Source of the DNA: Azolla caroliniana
Lineage: Eukaryota; Plantae; Polypodiophyta
Direction: 5' to 3'
Assembly: GCA_043228905.1 (NCBI GenBank)
Contig: JBHGNT010000018.1
Span: forward strand, 13,206,001 to 13,270,000
Length of the DNA: 64,000 nucleotides
In this document: piece by piece, positions 1 to 12,600 of the stretch
Layout of the letters: every line of letters starts with the position of its first letter
How positions within the stretch are numbered: the stretch's first letter is position 1
The notes under the pieces: generated by a model
Database searches by the model: none
The model's input: the letters and a program-made list of their open reading frames with translations, nothing else
Told to the model about the DNA's origin: nothing
Position numbers and translations under genes: made by a program

Positions 1-1492
1 CTGGGCCTTCATATTGGCCATATCATTAGTCTGCATTTGTCGGGATTTTGGCTCCATTCTAAGCTTCTCTTTGGCCTTGACTTGCACCTTTAAACTCTCA
101 TATTTCTCCTTTACGAAGGCTTCTATGTCGAGAACTGACCTGTCTCCCCACTTCGAGCTCTCTTCCTTTAGTGGTGGCGCATTGTTGCATGTCGTTCCTC
201 TTCGATCTTCCCTCATGGGTCATGACAATGTCGACAAGATTCCCATCTTCCTCTTGTCATGTTGCTGGCATACTCTTTCAACTTCAACCCAATTCTCGGT
301 GAGGCCATTTGCTCCATAATTGTCTTCAAGTTGGATTCCAAGTGCCTTCCTTTCCTTTCGATCAACTGACTTTATGAACATAAGAACTTTACTCGCCCCC
401 ACCAATCCTTGATCCCTCTTCGAGAGTTGAGCGAAGCGACACTCAAACTCAACAAATGCATGCATAGCACTCTGGTGGGTCTTCCTCAATGACAACCATT
501 GGTCAAACTTGTATAGACCTCGTCCCTTCGGCTCTTCATGATCATATGCCTCTCGTAAAGCTTCTTCGAAGGACACCCACGAATCATGAGCTTTTTGAAG
601 CTCTTTCATATCTTTGTAGATTGGTTCGGCCACCACTCGACAAAAGTACTCCAACCTCATTGCTTCATTCACACATCTTGAATCCATTTCGGCATTGTAG
701 GCCTCTAGAAAATTTTGGACTTTGCCTCCGTTGAAATAGTCGACTCGCTCGACCATGCTTTCGATGGCTTGTTGGGCCGCATCTCTATCTTTTTTCCCTT
801 ATCTTGAAAAATCCATTATCATCTTTGACATTGCCTCCATGAGATATTCCTCGTCCATCTTCATCCTCCCATGCCGCTCTTCACGTTGGGTTCACCAAAA
901 GATGTCGCGAAGATGCGCATGCGTGTGTCGCTTGAACGGAACCACCGGGGTCTCTGACCAGGGAGGACATTTACCAAGTTATCGAGAAACAATGTTACCC
1001 TTGACAAGATCAAACGATTGATGATTATAAGAAGTACAATAAGAAGTATCAAAGATGAAAGAAGATGAACAATAGAAGTATAATTATAAGAAGAATTTTA
1101 TATTGATGATGATGATGACGATGGTGATTATCACCTATTGAGCCCCCCCGTTTACACAAGCCTTACGAGGGTTTTTATAGGTCTATCCATGCACAAAACC
1201 ATGGGCTTGGAACATGGTTTTGTGCACACGGTTTTGTACGGTTGTTTTCCTATGCCTTTTGAATATGAAAAGAAATTTACATAACATCTAAAGTACTTGG
1301 TAGTTGCCCTAATGGTAAGATAAATGTCTTTTATCTCGAAGGTGCAAGGTTCAAATCTTGCTTGCTCCCCTCTATATGCACTCGAATGCCACTAGGCCCT
1401 AGGATAATTTTCATATTTATAATCTTTTGTGTAATGTGAGTGGAACTACACTATTTCACAATTTCTCCCATTGGACACGCAACATCACGACA
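1..1492 (-). mobile_element. Ty3/gypsy LTR retrotransposon, 5' part (5' LTR 903-1492, PBS-like site, gag fragment 220-756); continues left out of the window
   Basis: LTR has TG...CA termini (tgtcgcg at 903, cacgaca at 1492). It is followed on the minus strand by tcttttggtgaaccc, the same PBS-like motif seen at 41505-41518 and ~58090. The gag-like ORF reads YFNGGKVQNFLEAY...WVSFEEAL. The element interrupts the RT of another gypsy at 1493. Confidence 0.65.
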
Positions 1493-3200
1493 CCGTCCAT
1501 TGAAATGGTACTTGGTGCATTGTGGCCTGCAACGACGTTGCGAAGTCCGCCATGTATCTCTACATCCGGTTATGCCACCGGATTTGACCTAAAAATCAGG
1601 TTAGTGTTTTGGCATTCGTTGGGGCTACTGCCCCCAGGATAACCCTTACCTTATTTGGATCGACCAAAATCCCCTCCTTGCTCACAATATGCCCTAATAG
1701 CATGCCTCTTGTGACTCCGAATACACATTTGGCTGGATTCAAACTTAGTCGCGAAATTCGATATTTTTCTAGACACCTCCGAAGATGGCCCAGGTGTTTG
1801 TCTTTCTAGTTGTACACTACAAAATCATCAAGGAATACTTGCATGAATGCCAGAATATAATCGCTGAAAATCTCCATAATGATTCGTTGAAATGTTGTTG
1901 GTGTTGTCTTTAATCCGAACCATAGTATGAACCATACGTACCATACGTGTATTTGCATTCGAGCATGGTAAACACCCTCTGAGAATGGTAAATACCATAC
2001 TTTTGGATTAACTATTTATTGTAAGGTAGAGTTTTTTTCAATGTAAAAAAGTTAAGAAGATTGCAAAAAACACATTACCTTCTTAATAACAATATGTCTT
2101 TTTTCGAATATATGCGTATAGAAATTACATGAATTACTTCAAAATTATAGAACTATAGAAAAATTACAGAAAATTACAAACTTTACAAAAAAAATCAGAA
2201 ATTATTGACCAACCACAAAACAATTATAGAAATTAGAGAGAAATTATGAAGAAATTACAAAAATTACAAAATTACAAAAATTACAAAAAAATTACAGAAA
2301 GTCCTATACTACATACTACATACTATGACCTAGGTCCTAAAGTTAAAAAATGTAAACCCTAAACCCTATTATTAACCCTAAACATACCTGAATGGGAGAG
2401 GATGGCAACTTGGTATCTCGTTGGTATGCAAAAATTAATGTTGGGAGAAGATGTGCAGTCACTAGTGTGCACTATGCAAGGATCAATCAACAGATCGTTC
2501 AAGGCTAGATGGGAGGGGAAAGGAGCAAAGGAAACGGGGAAAAATCTGAAAAAAAAAGGAAAAAAAACTAAAAAACGGAAAAAAAACACATGAATGTTTG
2601 AAAACATTCGCATTCGTTTTCCAATGTATGAAAACGAATGTTATGGCAAACGAATACATACTATGATCCAAACGTCACGACTATCGTAACAAATAGTCCC
2701 CATTCTATGATGAACGTTGTTTTTTCCTTATCAATCGGATGCATTCTAATCTGGTTGTAACCGCTGAATCCATCCAAAAAACTGTAAACCTCATGGCTGG
2801 CTACTACATCGAGTATTCCGTCGGTGAAAGGAAGCGGAAAGGTATTTGTGACCATCGCTGCATTGAGCTTCCAATAATTCACACAAACCCTGATTTTCCC
2901 GTTTTTCTTGGTTACAACCACTATTGGGCTCAACCACACAACCTACTTTACCGGTCGTATAAATCCGACCCTTAACAATTTGTCAATTTCCTCTTTCACT
3001 TTCCCAAGTTGACCTCTTCTAGCGTCGATGCCTTTACTTATTGGGATACGGCTAATTCTTTTTCCAATGCCTCGTGTGCCTGGCGAAGCTCTTGGACAGC
3101 CTCCGGGTTCAGTTCAGTTAGATCCTCCTTTATAACTTTGCCAATAACGTACGGAATTACGATTTCTGCCACATTAATCTCGAACAACGATGCCACAAAC
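1493..3200 (-). pseudogene. Degenerate gypsy pol (reverse transcriptase) fragment, same family as the element at 57628-64000
   Basis: ORF 2661-2939 WLSPIVVVTKKNGKIRVCVNY...FLDGFSGYNQIRM is nearly identical to 60996-61436. The frame continues past the MITE as FGLKTTPTTFQR...FLDDF. Stops and deletions are present. Confidence 0.85.
1921..2665. mobile_element. Non-autonomous hAT-type element/MITE (745 bp)
   Basis: TIR catagtatg (1921) / catactatg (ends 2665). 8-bp TSD atccgaac (1913-1920) / atccaaac (2666-2673). It splits a gypsy RT reading frame. The interior is AT-rich with aaattac repeats. Confidence 0.85.
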
Positions 3201-3213
3201 ATCACAACAGTCA

Positions 3214-3556
3214 TGTCAAGATTTGAACTCTTGACCTCTTGTATTATAGTCGAGTGTTATGTTCTAACGAATATATTCAAATACATGGTCATGTTATATA
3301 TATCTTAGAGATTATTAGTAGATTATCTATTTCAAGTTCTAGGAGATTTTAGAAAGTTCTAGAATTAGAAGGTTCTAGAGGATTCTAGAATATTCTCCCG
3401 AATATTGTAATGCATGTATTTCGACTCATAGTATAAACACTTGTAACCTCCGTGGTACCTTTCAAGGGATTCACACCAATCATTGACACATCAATCTAGT
3501 ATTCTCATTTCATTTCATCTTGTCTCCTTCTTCATCTTTGTCTTCATGTTCTTGTG
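3214..3556 (+). repeat. Partial LTR of a chromovirus-like gypsy (tctaga-rich), interrupted at 3557 by a copia
   Basis: Starts tgtcaag. Has a tctaga/ttctag repeat block and a TATA (gtataaa), an architecture resembling the reverse complement of the LTRs at 43556 and 48471. Confidence 0.5.
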
Positions 3557-4445
3557 TGTGACAAGTTGCGTGCGGAAGCTTGTAGACACAACCGGCTCGA
3601 CTGAATAGCGACAGAAAATGAACGAAGGTTGAATGGAAAGCTTGAAACAATACACAGAGAACGTGGGAGAGACAGAGAAGCAGAGAGAGCAAAACACACT
3701 TAAACTTAGATTCAAAAATCACTTTGTACATACAAATGTGCTTAAGAGCACTTTTTATACAAGTCCTTAAAAGGACTGACTGAAGTATTGACAAGTACTA
3801 CAATGCTCATATTGAGCTACTAACACTAACTCCTAGGAATATCACTACCTAGTAGACTAGGAGTGTAGGCATCTAACGGCCTACCAGTTCACACGTGGGT
3901 CTGTCTCTCCAATCCGGCTCTTGAATCCAGGTCTCCGATGCGGCTCACAAGTCTAACTCTCGGCTTGTTCAACTGATCCACCAATGTTGAGCTTGCTCAC
4001 TCAACACTCCCCCTCAAGCTCAACTTGAGGTCAGTATGTTATGTCAGCATCCGCCAGTCCTTGTCTCTGGCTCCTCTTGGCATCTTCACGCCTTGCTCAC
4101 GCTCCTCGACCCCTCCGGTCCCGTTTTCCATGACCCGTTCAGTTCCGTGCTCCTCGAGCTTCTCGATTGGCTTGTCTACTCATGAGTCTCATCTTGTTGG
4201 GAAATCAGTTCCTCCAAATGGGAATCATATCAGCCGAACTGGACGAGCTCGAGGAAGAAACCGGACCGGATGGATCCGAAAGGAATTCGGCCGGATTCGA
4301 TGTGAACCAGAAATTGGGACATATTGGTAAATATGTTCGGATGAGCCTATTGAGGCCATACTTGTAAATAGCCCTAAATTTATATAACTACAAATATAAC
4401 TAGGGCAACAATAGTTAGGTCGTTGTTGTATTGTTAGTCGTTGTA

Positions 4446-4489
<44 letters not shown>

Positions 4490-6084
4490 TGCAAGGAGTT
4501 GTATCAGCTGTAACCGCTTGTTGGCAAAGAAATAGAGCTCAAGGTCGTTGCCCCTGAGTTGTACCCTTCCTCTCCCTATGGTGATCCTATTCAAAGTCTA
4601 TGAACTCCCATGGTTTTGCCTCAAGAGGTTTTCCACGCTAACACATAGTGTCATCCCATTCCTGTGTAAATGTATCAATATCTACCTTTTGTGTTGTTTC
4701 TTCCATTGTACATTTGGATCTCGGTTGTGGCCGAGAACGATTCCTTACAAATTGCTATCAGAGTGAAGTTCTAAACTTCAAACAAAACAAAGTAATATGG
4801 AAGATTCAGTTGTAGGAGTTGGAGGCATGTTCTAGCTCATCGACTCCAAGTACTCAATGTGGAAGTCGAAGATGAGGGACATGCTAGTGGTCAAAGATCT
4901 CTAGTTGCCGGTACAGTTTGGAAATAAAAGAATGGATAAGATTGATATCATGACCTAGGAGGTAATGCACTTAAAGACGACAACATACATAAGATGCTTC
5001 ATTGACATGAGCGTTTACAACAACTTCAATGAAGAGAACAAGGCTCATGAACTCTGGGAGAAGATTGACATTATGTTGGAGAACAAGAATGTCGTGAATC
5101 GAGTCTTAGTATTTCGAAAAATTGTGAGGCTCAGGTATCAGGACGGCTCCAGTATGATGGAGCATATGAACATCTTCCAAGCGTTAATAAACCTGACTAC
5201 CTCGTTGGAAGTACCTCTAGTCGATTAGGTACTGGCATTGTTGTTGCTCAGATCCCTTCCGGATAGCTGGGAGACGCTGGTTGTCTCACTCGGCAACACC
5301 GGACCAGAAGGGAAGCCCTTATCCCTTCAAGAGTAAAATCGAGCTTGTTGGATGAGGAAGCTCGTCGGAAGGACGAGGCAATTTCTGACCCAAAGGCCCT
5401 AGTCACGGAAAGTGATACACATAGAGGGAGAGGCCGAAACACAAGTCAAGGACAAGGTGAAGTCAAGGGGGAGACCCACGTGCTTTTACCGTAGGAAGTC
5501 GGGGCACTTCAAGAAGAATTTCCAACACTTCCGAAAGGAAAGGGGGGGAGTCGACAATGCTGACTTGAAGAAGAGTTCCAACCAAAAGGGTACATCGGCA
5601 ATCACGACAAGTGAGGAGCAGTTGTTTCTCATGAATGAGCAAAACGAAGTGACAAATCGACAAATTGACATAGGTAGTCGATTCAGGTGCGTCGTTCCAC
5701 CTGATCCCCAATAGAAAGTGTTTCTCATCCTTGTTGGCGACAAATCGACATAGGTAGTCGATTCGGGTGCGTCGTTCCACCTGATCCCCCATAGAAAGTG
5801 TTTCTCATCCTACAAAGCGGGAGATCATGGCCTTGTAAGGATGGGAAATGAAGGTGCATGCCGAATTGTTGGCATCAGATATGTGTGCTTGGTAACGTCG
5901 ATTGGGTGTCAATTGGTACTAAAAGATGTCTGACACATTCCAAAGGTTCAACTGAACCTGATATAAGTCGGTCAGTTGGATGATGATGCCTACACGGGTA
6001 GCATCCGGAACGTTGTCATGAAATTCAGCAAAGGAAACAGAACTTCGTGACCTTCATAGATGACCACAGGTAGCGATGGGCCCA

Positions 6085-6325
6085 GTTCGGTTTCGGTTCG
6101 GTTCGGTTTTTTGGCCTTGAAACCAAACCAAACCACTTATTAAGAAAAAAAACCCAACCAAACCGTTTGAACATTTTGAAGCCATTTAAACCAAACCATT
6201 TTGAACCAAACCATTTAAGTCAAACCGTTTAGGAACAATTTAGAACCAAACCAAAGCATTTATGAAAAAATGAGAACCAAACCAAACCATTTACGAAAAA
6301 ACCAAAACCAAACCAAACCAAACCA
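6085..6325. repeat. hAT subterminal repeat array (ggttc / aaaccaaacc), transposase-3' end
   Basis: Dense run of ttcggtt and aaaccaaacc/aaaccg motifs directly inside the TIR, like the transposase-binding subterminal repeats of Ac-type elements. Confidence 0.8.
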
Positions 6326-6978
6326 CTTTAAGAAAATGTAACAAAAGACATTGCAACATCTAAACTAGAACCAGAGATTCATTAGACATAATAAACATAA
6401 GTAGAGGTTAGATAAACAAAACAAATTAGAGAAAGAAAAACAGAAATTTAGACATTTTAAATGTTTTTTGAAGAAGAATACCATAATAAACAGAAATTTT
6501 CTCATATTAAAGTTTTGTGGAGAATGTATAGATAATACACAAAAAACTAAAAGTTTTTTGGAATGAAATCCTAGAGCTTATGACCAACAATCGATCATAT
6601 AGAGTTCACATCAACATTTAAGTTTGTATCCACCATTTACAACAAAGTCAAAAATATAAGAAAAATGTGAAAAACCTCCACATAAACTAATGCTTCTCTT
6701 TTAGTTTCCAATGTTTACTTTCAGCTTGAATTACGGATTCCTGGAAGTATAAAATATGTAAAAGAATTAATTAGTAATAATAAAATAAAAACAAATTCGT
6801 AAAAGTATGCACTAAGAAATTACAATGTCTTCAAGGATCTCCAATTGCAACTTGCATTTCATGGACTTGTGAAAAAGTATCATGATTCTTGTACCATGTA
6901 CATATAAAAAACATCAAATAAGTAAAAAACTAGTAATGAAAAATAAACTTAAAGAATGAATTAAAAGGTATGCACACC

Positions 6979-9025
6979 TTATCTCCCATGATTATCACGT
7001 AACATGTAATCTATTACCTCGTCTTCACCAACAAGATCATCTAGATTAAATTTTAGTTCTTCATAAGCCATGTGAAAGTTATCTGTTATCTGAACATGCA
7101 TCCATGATCGAATACACATTTCGGCCTTGAATGTGCATGAATGTAGTTTGATCCTATCATCAAAGGTCATTTTTGTTGCTGAATTTGCCTCTTCAATAGG
7201 TACTGATGATGCTAGTATAGCAAGGTAATCACATGCCATCCTATACAGTTGTGGCATTGCAGATTTATTATCATGCCACCCTTGTAAGGGATCCTTGTCT
7301 ATGCTAGCTAAAGGAAGTCTTATGAACTGCTCAATTTCTGATCGTGAATCAGAAACAAGACTTTTATTGTGTACACCCATTAACCTCCAAATTTTAGAGT
7401 TATTATCAATAGGTTGTATTGTGGTTGAAGGTGGCTCAACACCACTCGAGAATGAGTGGTAATGGGACTCAATCATGCCTTCAACCAGCTTAATATCCAA
7501 CTCTCTTTCGATATGGTCATTTGGAATAGGCAATCTATAAAGGAATGAAAAATATTATTAAAATCAAATAAAATATCAGAAAGCATGAAGACAATTGTAA
7601 AACTTAAAGGAAAGTATTACCTAGGATCAAGAAACATTGCAATGCGTGATGGAATAGACTTTAACGATTCTTGATACTTAATTAAATATTGTAAGCAATT
7701 CTCAAACGCTTTTTGAAGCACCTCTTGTGTGAATCTAGATGATCCCGAAAGTGAAGAATCTAGAAACTGATTACAATGATTAAGTAAACAATTATAAGCT
7801 AGTGATGCTAGTGATAATGTAGGATATATTGATCCTCCTAGAAAGGTAGAAACCTCTGCAGGTGTTTCTAACCATTCCTCCATAGCATGTATGTGACTCC
7901 AATCTTCTACGGTCAAGACATAACCATTGAAATCACTTGAAATTGTTAGATCTGAAATTGTAAAATTCAATATAACTCTATCCTTGATAGCTTGCCTAAA
8001 CATCTCCAAAGAAGAATTCCATCTTGTAACAACATCAAGCCTTGGAGGTTCCTTTTCATGATGTTCAACCATCATAGCATACTTCCTATGAACTTCCCTT
8101 CGAACCTTGCTAGATCTAATAGTTTGGAGCGTTGTTCTCAACTTTTCCTTTGAGGGTGAGATAATCTCTAATGCTGACTTGATGCCCAATTGAAAAGTGT
8201 GCACCATACACCTTAACATGTGTGAGGGAGCTAAAATTTCCTTACCATGTTCATTTTGTAACAACATGCTCAATTCCTTTGCAGCCAATTGTGCATCACT
8301 AGCTCCATCAAAAATTGTAGTTAATAATCGACTTGAAATATTAAAAGATCCAAGTCGATAAAAGAGGGCATGTGCACAACATTTCCTTGATCCAACACTT
8401 GGAAATACATGCACAAAATCCAATAGCAATGAAGTGTCACTGAGTAGAAGCCCTTTAGACTACTATTTGACCATGAACCATCAAAAGTAATAGAAAATCT
8501 TGATTGACTTTTTGATAACAAATCTATCTCTTGATGGCACAACACCACATACATTTCTAAGATGGAACGTTTAATCATGTGCCTTGTCTTCATCTGATAT
8601 CCAGGTACAAGATGGTGTACGAACTCTTTAAATGCATCTGATTCCACATGTGCATGGGGCAAAGTTCCCTTGACAATATACTTCATGACAAAACAATCAA
8701 TTTTCTTCTCTAAAACACGAGATACTCTAGTAGACTCTATAGAAGATTGAATAATCTTTGAAATACCTGAATTTTGATTTGGTTCGTTTGATAGATGATG
8801 CTTTTCCATTAAATGCTTAGTTATAGTACTTGTGGATGTTGTTGAAGACCAACAAACATGGCAATGATGGCATCGTCGTCGAGGTGTGCCATTATCCATA
8901 TAAGATATGATGTGAGCATCTGTCCATGATGTACGTTGCCTTTTTCTTGACATGCTTGTTTGCCCATGGCTAACATTAATTGATGATGAGTCCATTGTTG
9001 CATGAGTTTGAGAAGATGACTCCAT
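6979..9025 (-). pseudogene. hAT (Ac-like) transposase with BED zinc finger and C-terminal dimerisation domain; frameshifted
   Basis: BED finger W..H...CHHC...HLMEKH; FSITFDG(S)W; RCMVHTFQL (CxxH); DVVTRWNS; YPTLS; AMFLDPR; WHDNKSAMPQLYRMACDYLAILASSVPIE. GT-AG intron 7620-7535 joins in frame. A deletion/frameshift at ~8430 lies between VTLH and LLDF. Splice acceptor tttatag at 9038-9039, just upstream of the ATG. Confidence 0.92.
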
Positions 9026-9653
9026 TTAATGTTGTCCCTATAAAACATAAAAAAAGAAAGCATAGTTATGTATATAATACACATATTTTATCCATAAGAT
9101 AGTAACTACCATGACTATGACTCATATATGCATGATTGCATCCTCTTATTAATTAAAATGGTCATATTGCATACACACATCTACCACATATTCTTTATCA
9201 CACCCTATAAGCCATGTGCATGCATGTTCATATCAAATTGGGAAGTAGGAATAACTAACTTCCTCTTGATGAATTTGTTTAGTGTTGAAAATTGGCAACA
9301 GAACATAATAGGAATACATGGTTTAGATAATCAAAATAGACTACCTCCTTTTGCATAGGCAACCAGGACCATACTAACATAAGGCTATGCCATTAATAGC
9401 AATAGTAAACAGCATTGTATGTACTGAGCAAATACAATGCAAACAAGTTAAAAAGCTCACAAAAACTATTAGATTCGAATGATCTCAAGCAAGAGAAAAG
9501 ATGCACAAGTAGAGGCAACACCAATATATACAATCAAACTAGGGAATTATATACTATATAAGCCATTTTTAAAACATTCCTAAAGAATCCATGATAAGCT
9601 TTCGATTCTTTCAATCTTTGATTTTTGAGAAGTGAAATACCACTAAAGAATAT

Positions 9654-12600
9654 TGTAAAGAATCAAGAGATGGATTCTTGTGAAGCGGAAGAGATATGAG
9701 TTATGTGTGTGTATGATAGAGAGTGAGTGAGTGAGAGAGACAAGGAATACGACATAGAGAATACGCAAGGTAAAAGTATATTAACAAAGGAGAAAGACTC
9801 AACTAAATACAAGGTGGGAGGAGAGTGCTTTATATAGTCACCCTCTCTCTTCATTAACTACAAGACTCATGGAGCATGGGGAATGTGAAAGCTCATAAGT
9901 TATGTGTCATAGAATATGATTCTATGACTCATACTAAATGCTAGAATACAAAGAGGTGACATAATGGTGACTCTTGACCGTTGGAGTGTCTATTCACTCT
10001 CAAGGTGAGTTCACACACTAGACCAAGTTGAGCTTGATTCTCAACATGCCCCCTGAAGCTCAAGCCGGGTCGGTTTCAGAAGGTATCCGAAATCCGCTTC
10101 GACTCGCGTTCCGAAGTCCGTGTCGACTCGCATTTATGTGGAGTTGCGGAATCCGTGCTCCAGCTTGCGTTGTGCGTAGTTGCGAAGTCTGTGCTTCGGC
10201 TTGCGTCTTCCTTCGCGGCTTTGCGCGGTAGACTGACTCTTCGTGGCTTCGTTGCGTGGTTGTGTAATCCACGCGTTATTGTGTAGTGTGCTCGGTTTGC
10301 GGAATCCACGCGTTATTGCGTAATGTCTTCAGTACTCCCCCTCAAGCTTGGCAGCTCAGGGATCGTCAATTCGAGATTGGTCATGAATTGCCATAGCTTG
10401 TCGGCTCCTAAGGCTTTAGTGAAGATGTCGGCCGTTTGAAGATTGGTGCTAATATGTTGTAGGTCGACATTGCCAGCTAGAACGCGCTCTCGGATGAAGT
10501 GATAGTGCACTTCGATGTGCTTTGTCCGCGCGCGGAACACCGGGTTCCGAGCCAGATAGATACTGCTCATGTTGTCGCAGTAAAGGGAAGTTGGATCCTT
10601 GATGGGTACGCCCAGATCCTTGAGTATTCTTTTGAGCCATACAGCTTCACATGCGGCCACTACCGCGCCCCTGTATTCTGCCTCTGTGCTCGAAAGAGCG
10701 ACGGTTGGTTGCTTTTTGCTGCTCCAGGATATTGCTCCGTTGCCGAGGGAGAAAACAAATACGGAGGTTGATCTTCTATCATCTTTGTAGCCGACCCAAT
10801 CGACGTATGTGTACCCCTCGAGTCGTATTGGCATCGCGGTCTTGTAGAGGATGCCACAATCCATTGTGCCTCTCATGTATCGTAGAACTCGCTTAACGCA
10901 ATCCAAGTGAGTATCACGCGGTGTTTGCATGAATTGACTAAGGAGACCGATTGGATAACTGAGATCAGGTCAAGTGATCGTGAGGTAGATGAGACTCCCG
11001 ATGAGTTGTCGATACTGAGTCGGCTCACACGCTTTGGTGCCAGAGTTCGCATCTAGTTTGAGATTACGATCGAGCGGGGTTGCCATGGATTTGCACTTAG
11101 CCATACCGAACTTGTATAACAAGTTGAGGATGTAGTGTTGTTGAGAGATCATGATTCCGGCCGGAGTCCGAATTACCTCGATGCCGAGGAAGTAGTGGAG
11201 CTCCTTCATGTCCGTCATCTCGAACTTGTCGGAAAGGAGGGATTTGACCTTACTGATTTCGACGAGATGCTCACCTCCAATGACTAGGTCATCCACATAT
11301 AAGATGATGACGATCGGACTAGCGGAATCACTTCGTATGTAGAGGTAGTTGTCCGATTTTGACATACGGAAGCCGATTTGATGAAGATATGGCGTTATCT
11401 TCGAATGCCAAGCATGCGGTGCTTGCTTGAGGCCGTAGAGAGGCTTCTTGAGTCGGCATACAGCTTTCGGATGGGTGCTCGAGTTGAAGCTGGGTAGTTG
11501 TATCATGTACACCTCCTCTTCTAATTCGCCTTGTAGAAAGGCGTTCTTGACGTCCATTTGATGGAGGTGCCACCCTTTCGCCACGCCAAGCGCAATTACG
11601 GTCCGTACCGTCATCATCTTTGCCACCGAGGCAAAGGTTTCTTCGTAGTGGACGCCATGCGTCTGAGCGTATCCTTTCGCTATGAGTCACGCTTTGTAGC
11701 GGTTGATGGAACCGTCAGCGTTGTACTTCACTTTGTAAATCCATCTGCATCCAATCGCTTTTTTGTGCGGTGAGGTGGGAACGAGATCCCATGTCTCGTT
11801 CTTGCGTAGTGCCTGCATCTCCTTGTTCATGGCTTCAATCCATCGCGGATCCTTGGCTGCTTAGGAAAAAGTTTCCGGCTCGCGTACTGTCGCCACCTTC
11901 ATCATAAAGGCGTAATGGTACGCCATATAATCGTTGTAGCTGAATCGGCTTATGGGGTTCTTTTCACGGGTGGATCGGCGGAGCTTTTCATTTGCAAAGA
12001 TGAGGGCTTTCTTAGCTCCGATTGGTACCTCGAAACCGCCGAACTCATTGTCGAGTGAGTGAGTCGACTCATCATCGTCGAAGCGATCGTCTTCGTATTC
12101 CGCCATTTTCGACTTGCCTTTGTCCATCTTTAGGCTAGGCCGTGATGTGCTTTGATCGCTCAAAGGCTCTTGTGGTCCGCTCAGTCGGGTCGTGATCGGA
12201 CTTTCTTCGAACATGCGTGTAAGGCAATCTTTATTCTGTATCTCTTGTTCGGCAGATTCCGGGTCGAGCTGAGTCGGAGTCGGAGTTGTCTCTGGTGCGT
12301 ACCAGGATACGGACTCGTCAAAAACGACGTCTCGACTTACTCGAGATTTTCGAGTTGAAGGGTTGTAGCACTTGTAGGTCCCTTTTGCTCCAGTGAGTAT
12401 CCTACAAGGATACATTTCTCCAACTTCGGGTCAAGCTTTTGACGCTTCTCGTCGGGGATGTGCACGTACGCTATCGCGCCGAATATCCGGGTGTGCGATA
12501 AGTCCGGCTTCTTTCCAAAGTATTTTTTGGGTGGAGGGACCTCGTGCATGCCGAATGTTGTGCATCAATTCATTAGGTAGACGGCTGTATTTGCATCTTC

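Noticed and set aside
5655-5812. ~75-bp tandem duplication in the copia B protease region
   Set aside because: Ordinary post-insertion decay of a dead element.
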